NCBI GenBank assembly: GCA_002770755.1
Contig: PCQY01000018.1
Span: 1 to 46,179 of the forward strand
Direction: 5' to 3'
Origin: a candidate division WWE3 bacterium CG23_combo_of_CG06-09_8_20_14_all_40_14
GTDB taxonomy: Bacteria; Patescibacteriota; WWE3; CG2-30-40-12
DNA: 46,179 nucleotides
How positions within the stretch are numbered: the first letter of the stretch is position 1; the number at the start of each line of letters is the position of its first letter. The notes below the pieces were generated by a model. That model had not been told where the DNA came from and made no database searches. It saw nothing but the letters and a program-made list of their open reading frames with translations. The translations under genes and the position numbers were made by a program. Positions 7,477 to 20,219 of the stretch are shown piece after piece.

Positions 7477-9987
7477 TTATATAGCAATAAAGGAAACTAC
7501 TTTGTCCTTTTCTGAAAGCCTTATCAGCCTTACACCCTGTGTGTGTCGTTTTAGCGCTGGCACTTCCTTTACGGCAAGTCTTATTACCTTCCCTCCCGCC
7601 GAAGTTATTAACAAGTCCTTTGATTGCTCGTTCGCCATAAAAGCCCCCACAACTTTGCCCACGCTGTTACCGGTTTTATAAGTTAATATTCCCCTGCCTC
7701 CGCGATTTTGCACCTTGTACTCCGAAAGCAAGGTTTTTTTGCCGGAACCTTTTTCCGATATAACTAAAAGCCACATTTTTTCCGCGCTGTCTTTTTTCCC
7801 CACTACAGTACAGCCTACCACTTCATCACCATGCTTTAATCTTATTCCTGTAACTCCCGCGGCGGCCCTGCCCATAATGCGGACATCCTCTTCCTTAAAC
7901 CTTATGGACATTCCTCCTGCCGTAGTCAGCATCGCTTCATCTTTTCCGGTTGTTTGTAAAACCCATCCCAAAGAATCTTCGCTGGATAACTTTATTGCTA
8001 ATATCCCCGTAGAACGGATGTTTTCAAAATCTGATAACCGTACCCTTTTAGCTATGCCCCGCCTTGTTACCATAAGTAATGTGGGAAGCGCAGAAGGTAT
8101 AGGAGGCGTAGAAGGTGTGGGCAGGATTGCCGTAACCAATTCTTTGGACCCCAAATTTAACAAATTTACTATAGCCGTTCCCTTAGCGTTTTTTGAAGCT
8201 TCCGGTATTTCCCACGACCTCAAAGAATAAACTTTTCCCGTGTTTGTGAAAAACAGCACTTTATCATGAGTATCGGATATTATAATTTTTTCTACCGTAT
8301 CGTTCTCCCGCAGTTCCGACCCCCTTACGCCTTTTCCTCCCCTGCCCTGCTTCTTAAATGTTTCCACGCTTAATCTTTTTATGTAGCCGGTTTGCGTTAG
8401 TGTTAAAACTACATCCTCCTCCTTAATAAATTCCTCCTCCTCCGGTTCGTAAATATCCCCTTTTACCACTTTAGTTTTTCGTTTGCCGGCGTACTTTCGT
8501 TTAATCTCTAACAGCTCCGCTTTAATAATATCCATTACCTTTTGCTGGTTTGCTAAAATTTCCTTAAAATTTTTAATTGCTTGCACAATCTCCTTTAACT
8601 CATCCTCTATCTTTTTTCTCTCAAGCGCCGCCAGCTTTCTTAATTGCATATCCAAAATAGCCTGCGCCTGAATGTCGGTGAGCTTAAATTTTTCCATCAA
8701 CGCGGTCTTTGCTGTTTCGGCATCCCTTGATTGGCGGATTGTTTTTATAACATCCTCAATATGGTCAAGCGCTATCTTTAAACCTTGCAGAATATGCTCC
8801 CTTTCCTGCGCCTTTTTGAGTAAGAACTCTGTCCTTTTTGTTATAACCACTTGTCTGTGCCTCAGGAATTCCTCCAGCATAGTTTTTAAATTCATAAGTT
8901 TTGGCTCGTTGTTTATTAACGACACCATATTTGAATTAAAAGCTTTTTGAAGTTCCGTATGTTTGTACAACAAATTTAGTATTCTTTGAGGTTTCGTATC
9001 TTTTCTAACTCCAATGGCAATCCTCATACCCGATATATCCGACTCGTCCCGCAGATCGTTTATTCCGTCTATTTTTTTCTCCTTAACAAGCTCCGCTACT
9101 TTTGCTATTAAGGCGGATTTGTTCACCTGATAAGGCAGTTCGGTAACCGCAATTACATATTTCCCGTCTTTTTCTTCTATTTCAACTTTGGCTCTTGTCA
9201 TTATTCTTCCCCGCCCTGTAGCGTAAGTTTGAATTATGTCCTTCTGATTGTAAATAATTCCTCCTGTTGGAAAATCAGGACATTTAATAAAATTTAAAAT
9301 ATCCTCAATTGAGGCTTTGGAGGAAAATTTATTAAATTCAATACTCTCGGCGGTTTCCAAAAGGTGCAAAAGTCCATCAACCACTTCCCCCAAATTGTGG
9401 GGCGCAATGTTGGTTGCCATTCCTACGGCTATGCCGGATGCTCCGTTTAATAAAAGATTGGGGATTTTTGTTGGCAGAAGAATGGGTTCATAATAGTCCC
9501 CGGAATAATTAGCCGTAAAAGGAACGGTCTCTTTTTCTATGTCGCATACAAGCTCCCCGGCAATTTTTGAAAGGCGGCATTCTGTATACCGCATTGCCGC
9601 TGGCGGGTCGCCGTCCACCGACCCAAAATTACCCTGCCCGTCTATTAATGGGTATCTTAATGTAAAATCCTGCGCCATTCTTGCTAAGGCATCATATACC
9701 GAAACATCTCCGTGAGGGTGATACTTTTTTAGTACTTCCCCAATTACCGCGGCGCATTTTTGGTGACGGGCATTAGCAGTCATACCCTGCTCGGTCATAG
9801 CGTAAATTATTCTTCGCTGAACAGGCTTTAACCCGTCCCTAACATCGGGCAAAGCGCGGGAAACAATTACAGACATAGCATAGTCTAAATACGCTCTTTG
9901 CATTTCTTCTGTAATTGGAGTGGATAAAATAGCCTTTTTATTATCAGTATTTTCCGGTTCCGGTTGAGCTAGAGTTATATTCTCCAT
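7477..9987 (-). CDS. gyrA: DNA gyrase subunit A
   Basis: 836 aa. AAMRYTE active-site Tyr motif, GyrA-box-like QGRGGKGV, and C-terminal beta-pinwheel repeats. Confidence 0.95.
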   Translation of the reverse strand: MENITLAQPEPENTDNKKAILSTPITEEMQRAYLDYAMSVIVSRALPDVRDGLKPVQRRIIYAMTEQGMTANARHQKCAAVIGEVLKKYHPHGDVSVYDALARMAQDFTLRYPLIDGQGNFGSVDGDPPAAMRYTECRLSKIAGELVCDIEKETVPFTANYSGDYYEPILLPTKIPNLLLNGASGIAVGMATNIAPHNLGEVVDGLLHLLETAESIEFNKFSSKASIEDILNFIKCPDFPTGGIIYNQKDIIQTYATGRGRIMTRAKVEIEEKDGKYVIAVTELPYQVNKSALIAKVAELVKEKKIDGINDLRDESDISGMRIAIGVRKDTKPQRILNLLYKHTELQKAFNSNMVSLINNEPKLMNLKTMLEEFLRHRQVVITKRTEFLLKKAQEREHILQGLKIALDHIEDVIKTIRQSRDAETAKTALMEKFKLTDIQAQAILDMQLRKLAALERKKIEDELKEIVQAIKNFKEILANQQKVMDIIKAELLEIKRKYAGKRKTKVVKGDIYEPEEEEFIKEEDVVLTLTQTGYIKRLSVETFKKQGRGGKGVRGSELRENDTVEKIIISDTHDKVLFFTNTGKVYSLRSWEIPEASKNAKGTAIVNLLNLGSKELVTAILPTPSTPPIPSALPTLLMVTRRGIAKRVRLSDFENIRSTGILAIKLSSEDSLGWVLQTTGKDEAMLTTAGGMSIRFKEEDVRIMGRAAAGVTGIRLKHGDEVVGCTVVGKKDSAEKMWLLVISEKGSGKKTLLSEYKVQNRGGRGILTYKTGNSVGKVVGAFMANEQSKDLLITSAGGKVIRLAVKEVPALKRHTQGVRLIRLSEKDKVVSFIAI

Positions 9988-9993
9988 TTTTTA

Positions 9994-12015
9994 TTATATT
10001 ACCGTTCCTACAATTAAAAGCGCTACGATATTTATTATTTTTATCATCGGGTTTATTGAAGGACCCGCCGTATCTTTATAAGGATCTCCCACAGTGTCTC
10101 CTGTAACAGCGGCTTGGTGGGCGAAACTTCCCTTCCCCCCGAATTTTCCCGTTTCTATGTACTTTTTAGCATTATCCCACGCCGCTCCGCCAGTGGTCAT
10201 AGATATGCCCACAAAAATTCCCGTAACTATGGCGCCTACAAGTAACCCCCCGACGGCAGTGGCCCCTAAAATTCTACCAACTAATATAGGCGCTAAAACC
10301 GGAATTAAAACTGGAATAACCATCTCTTTAAGCGCCGCTTTGGTAACAATATCTACTGTTTTGGCATAATCGGGTTTGGCGGTTCCCTCCATAAGACCTT
10401 TAATCTCCTTAAACTGTCTTCTCACCTCGCTAACAACGCTTCCAGCGGCTTTGGACACAGCTTCCATAGAAAAGGACGCAAATAAATAAGGCAGAGAGCC
10501 CCCTATAAAAAGTCCGGCAATAACTGTAGGGTCCGAAAGGTCAAATTTTATAATTCTTCCTATGTTCTGCAATTCCTCCGTAAAACTTGCAAACAAAACC
10601 ACCGTGGCAAGCCCTGCCGAACCTATGGCGTACCCTTTAGTTACAGCTTTTGTGGTATTGCCCACCGCGTCTAATGCATCGGTTACTTCCCTAACTTTGT
10701 TTGAAAGTTTGCTCATTTCCGCTATCCCCCCCGCATTATCGGTAATTGGCCCAAACGCATCCACCGCAATTATTATCCCCGCTACCGACAACATACTTAT
10801 TCCGGCGGTGGCTATGCCGTATAACCCCGCCAGTGAATATGATGTTAGAATTGCGGCAGTAATTACAAGAACAGGCGCAAAAGTTGCTCTCATAGAAACC
10901 GCAAGACCCGCTATTACATTGGTGCCGTGCCCGCTTTCGGATGCCTTGGCAATATTTTTTACAGGCTTGAAATCTTTTGAAGTGTAATATTCTGTTATTA
11001 CAATTATAAGCGCCGTAACGGCAAGTCCTATTATAGAGGTTAAATACAAGGAAAAAGTATCTATGCCTTTTAGCATAATAGCAGTAACCGGATAATATAA
11101 AATTGCAGAGATTATTCCGGAAGCTATTAAGCCTTTATATAAAGCTTTCATTATAGACTTGTCTTTGCCCAGTTTTACAAAGAAAGTTCCAATAATAGAT
11201 GCCAAAAGGGATACCGCGCCAAGAACTAAAGGATAAATTACCGCAATTTCCATATTAAGATTGTTTGCCCCCCTAAAATTTCTTAAAGCCAGTGTTCCTA
11301 AAATTATGGCAGATACTAGAGTAATGGCGTAAGTCTCAAAAAGGTCAGCCGCCATCCCGGCGCAATCGCCTACATTGTCTCCTACATTGTCCGCTATAAC
11401 GGCGGGATTTCGCGGGTCATCCTCTGGAATTTTCTGCTCTACTTTTCCCACAAGGTCGGCTCCCACATCCGCCGCCTTGGTAAAAATTCCGCCCCCTACT
11501 CTGGCAAAAGCCGAAATGAGACTTCCTCCAAAACCTAAGCCCACCAGCCCTGCTAAACTTTTGGTGAGAAAATAAAATGCGGTTACCGATAAAAGGCCCA
11601 ATCCAGCAACTAAAAGACCCGTTACCGCCCCGCCCTTAAAAGCCACCGTTAAAGCCTTTCCTAAGCCCTGTTTTGCCATTTCCGCTGTTCTAACATTGGT
11701 TTTTACAGCGGCGGTCATGCCTAGAAAACCCGCCAGTCCAGAAGCTACCGCTCCCAGTAAAAACCCCAGCGCTGTTAAATACCCCAAAGATAAAAACAGC
11801 ACCCCGAAAAGCGCCAAAGCTACAATGCCTATAACTTTATATTGAGCCTTAAAGTAAGCATTTGCGCCAAGTTCAATTGCTTGCGCTATTTCCCTCATTT
11901 TGGGAGTTCCGTTTGGCAATTTTAAGATGCTCTTGTAAAGGAAATAACTATACCCTATGGCGATAATTGCCGGTAAAGATATTAAAATTGGTAACAATAA
12001 ATTTAGATTATGCAT
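9994..12015 (-). CDS. hppA: membrane-integral H+-translocating pyrophosphatase (K+-independent type by the GNTTKA motif)
   Basis: 673 aa, about 16 TM segments. [15 protein letters not shown] and DTVGDPYKD motifs. Confidence 0.9.
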   Translation of the reverse strand: MHNLNLLLPILISLPAIIAIGYSYFLYKSILKLPNGTPKMREIAQAIELGANAYFKAQYKVIGIVALALFGVLFLSLGYLTALGFLLGAVASGLAGFLGMTAAVKTNVRTAEMAKQGLGKALTVAFKGGAVTGLLVAGLGLLSVTAFYFLTKSLAGLVGLGFGGSLISAFARVGGGIFTKAADVGADLVGKVEQKIPEDDPRNPAVIADNVGDNVGDCAGMAADLFETYAITLVSAIILGTLALRNFRGANNLNMEIAVIYPLVLGAVSLLASIIGTFFVKLGKDKSIMKALYKGLIASGIISAILYYPVTAIMLKGIDTFSLYLTSIIGLAVTALIIVITEYYTSKDFKPVKNIAKASESGHGTNVIAGLAVSMRATFAPVLVITAAILTSYSLAGLYGIATAGISMLSVAGIIIAVDAFGPITDNAGGIAEMSKLSNKVREVTDALDAVGNTTKAVTKGYAIGSAGLATVVLFASFTEELQNIGRIIKFDLSDPTVIAGLFIGGSLPYLFASFSMEAVSKAAGSVVSEVRRQFKEIKGLMEGTAKPDYAKTVDIVTKAALKEMVIPVLIPVLAPILVGRILGATAVGGLLVGAIVTGIFVGISMTTGGAAWDNAKKYIETGKFGGKGSFAHQAAVTGDTVGDPYKDTAGPSINPMIKIINIVALLIVGTVI

Positions 12016-12040
12016 CTTTATTCGGATTTATGGTTTTTTG

Positions 12041-14044
<2,004 letters not shown>

Positions 14045-14076
14045 TCAATGGGGAATTTAAAATGTGCACACACCCG

Positions 14077-14100
14077 GTGTGTACAATCGTGTGTACAATC
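14077..14100. repeat. perfect 12-bp tandem duplication gtgtgtacaatc x2 upstream of gyrB
   Basis: Read directly. Flanked by ccgg on both sides, and a hairpin attcccc/ggggaat lies at 14038-14056. Confidence 0.85.
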
Positions 14101-14114
14101 CCGGTTACTTTATC

Positions 14115-14882
14115 TCAAGGGGGGAAAACAAAAGAACCAGCTTCCAAAAGAAATAATTCCAAAGCAAGGCGAGACGAGCCGTTGGTATTTTGTATGGTCT
14201 CTTTTAACTCCTGTGAGAATTCTATGAGACTTACTATTTTCTTTGTGTCCAAATTTAATTTGTCCAAATTTAATTTTTTCAAAATCTCCTTGTTTTGCTT
14301 ATTTAGAATAGCAGAATTATTATCCATATTTAGAAGCAGTCTATCTCGTAAAACCGAAACCCATATATCCAATAAATTCATTGCGTATTCCTTGCTGGCA
14401 ATTTTTTGCTTATTTTTTTCTATAAAATCTAGTCTCTGTCCCCTGCCCTCTTCTAAAAGCTCCACGAACAGTTTAACCTGCTCGTTGTGTTCAGGAGAAT
14501 TTTCGTCCACAAGGTTCTTGTTTCCTAAATTTACTCTTTTGCAGCGGGATATTATTGTAGGCAGTAACCTATTCTCGTTTCTTGTTTCAATAATTATTTT
14601 TGAATTTGCGGGAGGCTCTTCCAATGTTTTCAACAAAGCGTTTTGAGCTTGTAGAGTAAGCGTTTCAGCGTTTCTTATTATAACAACTTTCCCCCGCATT
14701 TTGAGCGGTTTTGTTTGTAAAAAACTTTTAATCCCCCGTGCCTCATTTATACCGATGCCCTTTCTAAGAGCGGGACTTATTACTTTTATATCTGGGTGAT
14801 TTGAGGGGCTAGGAGGTATAGCGCGGAGGATTTCCCGCTCTCGGTCAATTTTCTTGCCGCCAAAAATTAAAATTGAGTGCAT
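14115..14882 (-). CDS. holB: DNA polymerase III delta-prime-like clamp-loader subunit
   Basis: NALLKTLEEPP and SRC-like (IISRCKRV) motifs. No intact Walker A GKT. The ATG at 14882 (MHSILIFGG) is preferred because the longer ORF runs over the divergent pilB promoter. Confidence 0.75.
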   Translation of the reverse strand: MHSILIFGGKKIDREREILRAIPPSPSNHPDIKVISPALRKGIGINEARGIKSFLQTKPLKMRGKVVIIRNAETLTLQAQNALLKTLEEPPANSKIIIETRNENRLLPTIISRCKRVNLGNKNLVDENSPEHNEQVKLFVELLEEGRGQRLDFIEKNKQKIASKEYAMNLLDIWVSVLRDRLLLNMDNNSAILNKQNKEILKKLNLDKLNLDTKKIVSLIEFSQELKETIQNTNGSSRLALELFLLEAGSFVFPP

Positions 14883-14932
14883 AAACTTATTATAAATGTT
14901 AAAACTCAAATCCGCCAGCCAGATAAATGTCA

Positions 14933-14960
14933 TTGCTTATTGACTTTAGCTCTCTATAAT
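14933..14960 (+). promoter_or_regulatory. sigma-70-type promoter for the pilus operon
   Basis: TTGCTT (14933-14938), 16-nt spacer, TATAAT (14955-14960), 38 nt before the pilB ATG at 14998. Confidence 0.45.
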
Positions 14961-14997
14961 TTAAAATAGATTGCAGTACAGGTTTTTATCTGCCCTT

Positions 14998-16716
14998 ATG
15001 AAACTGCAAAAACAAAAATACCTTGAAGATGTACTTTACGACCAAAAACTTTTAACAGAAGACCAAGTTTCCGCTATAAAATTAGAAAGCCTAAACACCG
15101 GCAAAAATTCTGAGGAGATTGTCAACGAACGAAAATATGTCACATCCGAGGAATTAGCCAAAGCTAGGGGCATCTTATATGATGTTCCCTTTTACGATTT
15201 AAGGGACCAAGCCATTAAATCCGATATACTGGAGTTTGTTCCAGAAAATGTGGCAAAAAATTATAAACTGATTCCCTTTGACAAAAAAAACAACTTTCTG
15301 TATGTGGCGATGGCGGATCCCTTAGACCTCCAAATTGTTGAGTTCCTAGAAAGAAGAACTAAACTCTCCGTTAAAACTTTTATTTCCGACCCCGGCGCTA
15401 TTTCCAAAGTTACCGAGGAACAATACGGAAAAAGTATTCGGGAAGATGTTTTTGAGGCTTTAGAGGAATTTGAAGGCACCAACAAAATAGAGGAATCCAT
15501 AGCCGATATAAAAAAAGCAGGCGATGTTATTAGAGACGCTCCTGTTGCCCGTGTGGTCAATACTATTTTGGAGTATGCTGTAAAGGCGCGCGCTTCGGAT
15601 GTGCATATTGAACCGCAGGAGGAGAAAACTCGCGTTCGCTACCGAATTGACGGTGTTTTGCAGGAAAGGTTGACTTTGCCGAAAAAAGTTACGGAATCTG
15701 TTATAGCGCGTATAAAGATTTTGTCTGGTTTGAAAATTGATGAAAAAAGAAAACCTCAAGATGGCAGGTTCAAAGTGGAAGTTGGAGAAACAAAAACGGA
15801 TTTGCGCGTTTCTTCCCTGCCCACGGTTTTTGGAGAAAAAATAGTTATAAGGCTCTTAAAAGAGCAGGGGCAGGTTTTAACTTTTAAGGATTTAGGGCTT
15901 GGGGGATTGGCGCTTAAGCATTTTGAGGAAGCGTTGTTAAAACCCAACGGCATTATTTTGGTTACAGGCCCAACGGGCAGCGGTAAAACAGTTACCTTGG
16001 CGACAGCTTTAAATAAACTAAATACTATACGAGTTAACATTATTACATTGGAGGACCCGGTTGAAATTAGGGTGCCTGGAGTTAATCAAGTTCAGATAAA
16101 TACTACAGCGGGACTTTCGTTTGCCTCTGGTCTGCGCTCTATTTTAAGGCAGGACCCCAATATTATAATGGTTGGGGAAATCCGTGATAGCGAAACGGCA
16201 AGCCTTGCCATAAACGCCGCTTTAACCGGGCATTTAGTTTTATCCACTTTGCACACCAATTCCGCGGCAGGAGCAATCCCCCGGCTTATTGATATGGGCG
16301 CGGAAAATTTTTTGCTGGCATCCACCCTTAATCTAGTTTTGGCGCAGAGGCTTGTTAGAAAGATTTGCTCGTTCTGCAAGGAGAAATATGAAGCTCCAAA
16401 AGAGGTGGCTTTAGATATTAAAAAGAATCTTGCCGCTTTGTTTAATCCTAAAAGTTCCAGTGAAAAAATGTATTTGTATAGAGGAAGAGGCTGTGATAAA
16501 TGTGGCGAGCAGGGATATTCCGGAAGAATTGGAATTTTTGAGGTGATGCCGGTTGGCGCTAAAATTGCTAAACTAACTTTGGAAAGAAGGCCGGAGAGCG
16601 AAATTGAAAAAAATTCTATTGAAGAAGGTATGGTAACCCTTTTGCAGGACGGTTATCTTAAAGCGTTGGAAGGGGTTACCACTATAGAGGAAGCTTTGAG
16701 AGTGGCTAAAGAATAA
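14998..16716 (+). CDS. pilB: type IV pilus assembly ATPase PilB (GspE family)
   Basis: N-terminal T2SSE_N-like domain, Walker A GPTGSGKT, Asp/His boxes, and a tetracysteine motif CSFC...CDKC. Confidence 0.9.
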   Translation: MKLQKQKYLEDVLYDQKLLTEDQVSAIKLESLNTGKNSEEIVNERKYVTSEELAKARGILYDVPFYDLRDQAIKSDILEFVPENVAKNYKLIPFDKKNNFLYVAMADPLDLQIVEFLERRTKLSVKTFISDPGAISKVTEEQYGKSIREDVFEALEEFEGTNKIEESIADIKKAGDVIRDAPVARVVNTILEYAVKARASDVHIEPQEEKTRVRYRIDGVLQERLTLPKKVTESVIARIKILSGLKIDEKRKPQDGRFKVEVGETKTDLRVSSLPTVFGEKIVIRLLKEQGQVLTFKDLGLGGLALKHFEEALLKPNGIILVTGPTGSGKTVTLATALNKLNTIRVNIITLEDPVEIRVPGVNQVQINTTAGLSFASGLRSILRQDPNIIMVGEIRDSETASLAINAALTGHLVLSTLHTNSAAGAIPRLIDMGAENFLLASTLNLVLAQRLVRKICSFCKEKYEAPKEVALDIKKNLAALFNPKSSSEKMYLYRGRGCDKCGEQGYSGRIGIFEVMPVGAKIAKLTLERRPESEIEKNSIEEGMVTLLQDGYLKALEGVTTIEEALRVAKE

Positions 16717-17768
16717 TGGAAATAAAGAATTTGTTAGAAAAAGTAATAAATAGCAATGCATCGGATTTGCATTTAACCATTGGCGCGCCCCCCACACTAA
16801 GGATAAATGGCAAACTCTCTCCTCTTGTTGGAGTTTCCGCTTTAACCTCTGAGGACTTGGAAGATTTGGTTTTTGGGCTTTTGAACAAAGAGCAAAAAGA
16901 GCTTTTTTTTGTGAATAAGGAGATTGATTTTTCTTTTTCGCTTGGGCAGAAAGCCCGTTTTAGAGTTAACGCTTATTTTCAGAAAGGGTATCCTGCGGCG
17001 GCTTTAAGAAATATCCCTTTTAAAATCCCCAAACTTGACGATATTCATCTGCCGAAGGTGTTGTACGAATTTTGCAAACTGCCTCAAGGATTTGTTCTTA
17101 TTACTGGGGCAGCTGGGCAAGGAAAATCTACCACTATAGCGGCAATGCTCAATTATATTAATGAGAATAGAAATGCGCATATTGTAACCATAGAGGACCC
17201 TATTGAATATGTTTTTCCGCATAAAAGAAGTTTAGTTGAGCAAAGGGAAATGTATGTGGATACGCATTCGTGGGAGATAGCCTTGCGCTCCATTTTAAGG
17301 GAGGACCCGGATGTAGTCCTTATTGGAGAAATGCGCGATTATGAAACTATTTCCGCCGCGTTAACAATTTCGGAAACGGGGCATTTGGTTTTTGCTACCC
17401 TGCATACCAATTCCGCCGCCCAAAGTATAGATAGAATTATTGATGTGTTTCCTGAGCATCAGCAGCAGCAAGTTAGAGTGCAGTTGGCAAGTGTTTTGGA
17501 GGCGGTGGTGTGCCAGCGGTTGGTTGCCGCTTTGGGTGGGGGCAGGTTTCCGGCGGTTGAGGTACTCCTAACTACCAATGCGGTTAAAAATGTTATACGG
17601 GAAGGAAAAGGACATCAAATTGATAACATAATAGCCACAAGTTTAGATTTAGGAATGATTTCGCTGGAGCGCTCTCTTGCCAATCTTGTGAACGAAGGAA
17701 AAATATCTCTTGAAGAAGCTAAATCAAAAACTTTGAAACCGGATATTTTAGTTAGATTGATTAAATAA
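16716..17768 (+). CDS. pilT: type IV pilus retraction ATPase PilT
   Basis: 350 aa. ASDLHL, Walker A GAAGQGKST, ALRNIP and GHLVFATLHT motifs. Overlaps the pilB stop by 1 nt. Confidence 0.9.
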   Translation: MEIKNLLEKVINSNASDLHLTIGAPPTLRINGKLSPLVGVSALTSEDLEDLVFGLLNKEQKELFFVNKEIDFSFSLGQKARFRVNAYFQKGYPAAALRNIPFKIPKLDDIHLPKVLYEFCKLPQGFVLITGAAGQGKSTTIAAMLNYINENRNAHIVTIEDPIEYVFPHKRSLVEQREMYVDTHSWEIALRSILREDPDVVLIGEMRDYETISAALTISETGHLVFATLHTNSAAQSIDRIIDVFPEHQQQQVRVQLASVLEAVVCQRLVAALGGGRFPAVEVLLTTNAVKNVIREGKGHQIDNIIATSLDLGMISLERSLANLVNEGKISLEEAKSKTLKPDILVRLIK

Positions 17769-17770
17769 AT

Positions 17771-18976
17771 ATGCGCTACAGTTATGTGGCAAAGGATGAG
17801 AGAAGCAAAACGGTAACGGGTAATGTGGAGTCTCTTAACGAGAAAACTGCTGTGCTGCTTCTGAAGGAGAAAGGGTTTTTGGTTATTTCCCTTGCCAAAG
17901 ATGAAAAGAATAAAGGAGTGGGGAGATTTTTAAGTTTTCTAAAAAAGGTTTCGCTTAATGATAGGGTTAATTTTACCCTTCAGATTTCCACGATGCTTTC
18001 TTCGGGGTTAACCTTGTCCCAATCGCTGGCGCTTTTTACCTCGCAGTTGAAGCCCGGTTTATTTAAAGAAATTGTAAGTGAGATTTCTAAAAATGTTGAG
18101 GTCGGCGTTTCTTTTTCGGAGGCTTTGTCTAAATTTGAGGCTGTTTTTCCCCCGACTTATTTAAGTTTAGTTAAAGCGGGCGAGGCTTCTGGCAATTTGG
18201 ATGTCGTTTTAACAAGGCTTGCGGATACTTTGGAAAAGCAAAGAGATTTTAGGGCTAAAGTTAAGGGCGCTTTAATTTATCCGGCGATTATTTCTGTTGC
18301 AATGGTTGGGGTTTTTATTCTCATTATAGTTTTTGTTGTTCCCAAACTTACTTCTATGTATTCCAGTCTTAATATAGAGCTTCCCTTGCCTACCAAAATA
18401 ATGATAGGGCTTTCGGATTTTTTTATTACCAAATGGTATTTGGTTATTCTTATTGCAATTTTAATAAGTTTAGGGTTTAATTATTATAAGAAATCTAAAG
18501 CTGGGAAATATCAGCTTGCTAAAATGAGTTTGCGCCTGCCTATATTTGGTAAAATAAATAAAGAGAAAGAACTTACCGAGTTTGCCCGAACTTTGAGTCT
18601 TCTTATTAGCGCGGGTGTTCCCATTGTTGAATCATTAAATATCTCTTCAAAAGCTGTAAGCAATGTTCTGTACATTGATGCTATAAAGGCTTCCGCCCAA
18701 AAAGTTGAAAAGGGCACCCCTCTCTCTGAAACCATTGCCTTAAACGCAATTTTCCCTCCTATTGTCTCTCAAATGATTAATGTGGGTCAGGAAACCGGAA
18801 AAATGGATGAGGTTTTGGGAAAACTTTCTTTGTATTTTGAGAACGAGGTGGACAGAAAACTCAAAAATTTATCGGTAGCTTTAGAGCCTTTAATTATGAT
18901 GGTTTTGGGTTTAATGGTGGGAGTTTTAATTTTATCAATAATAACGCCTATTTATAAGCTTACGAGTTCGTTCTAG
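17771..18976 (+). CDS. pilC: type IV pilus platform protein PilC (GspF family)
   Basis: 401 aa. Two GspF-type repeats and 3 TM segments. Confidence 0.9.
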   Translation: MRYSYVAKDERSKTVTGNVESLNEKTAVLLLKEKGFLVISLAKDEKNKGVGRFLSFLKKVSLNDRVNFTLQISTMLSSGLTLSQSLALFTSQLKPGLFKEIVSEISKNVEVGVSFSEALSKFEAVFPPTYLSLVKAGEASGNLDVVLTRLADTLEKQRDFRAKVKGALIYPAIISVAMVGVFILIIVFVVPKLTSMYSSLNIELPLPTKIMIGLSDFFITKWYLVILIAILISLGFNYYKKSKAGKYQLAKMSLRLPIFGKINKEKELTEFARTLSLLISAGVPIVESLNISSKAVSNVLYIDAIKASAQKVEKGTPLSETIALNAIFPPIVSQMINVGQETGKMDEVLGKLSLYFENEVDRKLKNLSVALEPLIMMVLGLMVGVLILSIITPIYKLTSSF

Positions 18977-19003
18977 TTGGCAGTCTCTGCTCCACTAGCG
19001 ACC

Positions 19004-19059
19004 AGAGACCATTAAAAGGGGGTGAAAGAAGGAATGCAATTAAATAGAAAAGGTTTTAC
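19004..19059 (+). repeat. 56-bp perfect direct repeat, copy 1 (5'UTR, RBS and leader peptide of pilin 1)
   Basis: agagaccattaaaagggggtgaaagaaggaatgcaattaaatagaaaaggttttac, identical to 19579-19634. Confidence 0.95.
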
Positions 19060-19504
19060 GCTTATTGAGCTTTTAATAGTTATTGTTATTTTGGGTATTT
19101 TAGCGGTAGCGATACTCTCTGCAATTAACCCGATAGAACAGATTAGAAAAGCGAATGACGCGGGTAAAAGGAGCGATTCTGCGGAGCTTTTGAATGCTTA
19201 CGAAAGGTATTACACCACATTTCAAGCTTATCCGTGGGGGGCGGCAGTGCCAACCCATGTACTAGCTAATGCGGCAGGTGCTGGAGTAGCTGAGTTAGCG
19301 GCAAAAAATGAAGTAAAGCCTGAATTTCAGAGAAGAACTAATCTTGGGTTGTTGTATGTAACGCAGGATACCGCCAGTTTGGTGCATGTTTGTTTCCTTC
19401 CGGAATCCGCAACTTCTAAGGCGGTCGCGTCTTTTACATCCGCTTGCGATGGAACATTGGGGACGAAGGGCGCAGTCGGAAACTGTATATGCATGCCGGA
19501 GTAA
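19034..19504 (+). CDS. type IV pilin (candidate major pilin 1)
   Basis: MQLNRKG|FTLIELLIVIVILGILA class III signal peptide with Glu5. GAAGGA RBS. First gene after pilC. Confidence 0.85.
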   Translation: MQLNRKGFTLIELLIVIVILGILAVAILSAINPIEQIRKANDAGKRSDSAELLNAYERYYTTFQAYPWGAAVPTHVLANAAGAGVAELAAKNEVKPEFQRRTNLGLLYVTQDTASLVHVCFLPESATSKAVASFTSACDGTLGTKGAVGNCICMPE

Positions 19505-19578
19505 TTACGAATATCTAGTGTTTAGCATCTGCCAGCTGATTTTGTGTTATGGAAATTTGTAACCATAGACCAGCGGCT

Positions 19579-19634
19579 AGAGACCATTAAAAGGGGGTGA
19601 AAGAAGGAATGCAATTAAATAGAAAAGGTTTTAC
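19579..19634 (+). repeat. 56-bp perfect direct repeat, copy 2 (5'UTR, RBS and leader peptide of pilin 2)
   Basis: Identical to 19004-19059, offset by 575 bp. Confidence 0.95.
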
Positions 19635-20103
19635 ATTAGTAGAGTTATTGGTAGTTATTGCTATTGTGGCAGTTTTAGCGGGAGTGGTTTTGGTGGCTAT
19701 TAATCCTGCTAAAATAATGTCGGAATCGCGAGACGCCGCAAGGCTTTCGGATATGGACACCTTAAATAAGGCTATAACATTGGCAATCGCCGATGAGGAA
19801 TACACATTGGTTGCTGCGCAAGGCAGTTCTCTTACAGGTACCATAGCCGTGGATGGCACTGGTTGGGTGTCGTACACTGTTCCCGCCAACAAAATAGGGC
19901 TTGGGAAGTATCTAGCGGTTTTACCGCGAGATCCTGAACACATCGGAGGTCTGTTGGCGTATGAGTACAAAGCGGATGCCAATGGGTATGTGTTGCGATG
20001 CCAATTGCAGTCGCTAAAGTATACTTCTAAAATGACTACGGATGGCGGTGAGTCCGCTGTGCATTATGAGGTTGGAACAGATCCAGGGCTTGATTTGTTT
20101 TAA
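19609..20103 (+). CDS. type IV pilin (candidate major pilin 2)
   Basis: MQLNRKG|FTLVELLVVIAIVAVLAG. The mature part is unrelated to pilin 1 beyond the N-terminal helix. Confidence 0.85.
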   Translation: MQLNRKGFTLVELLVVIAIVAVLAGVVLVAINPAKIMSESRDAARLSDMDTLNKAITLAIADEEYTLVAAQGSSLTGTIAVDGTGWVSYTVPANKIGLGKYLAVLPRDPEHIGGLLAYEYKADANGYVLRCQLQSLKYTSKMTTDGGESAVHYEVGTDPGLDLF

Positions 20104-20219
20104 TTTGTTTGGAAGGTTTTATGAGATTCTACCCTCCGCCTTTGTTGGTTAGCTGGAATATGGCGGGGGGTTAGGGTCCCCTAAAGAAAATACTGCCTTT
20201 CTTGGGTCTAGTGTAAGTT

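Noticed and set aside
18975-18995. A sigma-54-like TGGCA...TGC element upstream of pilin 1.
   Set aside because: The GG-to-GC spacing is 2 nt shorter than the -24/-12 consensus. The element is also absent upstream of the second pilin, despite the shared cassette.
19587-19982. 131-aa minus-strand ORF.
   Set aside because: It is antisense to pilin 2, which has a clear class III signal peptide and RBS.
20130-20185. Inverted repeat accctccgcc / ggcggggggt followed by ggggttagggtcccct, considered as a terminator or degenerate REP after pilin 2.
   Set aside because: The 21-nt loop is long, there is no T-tract, and the match to the REP arm is only partial. The evidence is insufficient to call either feature.
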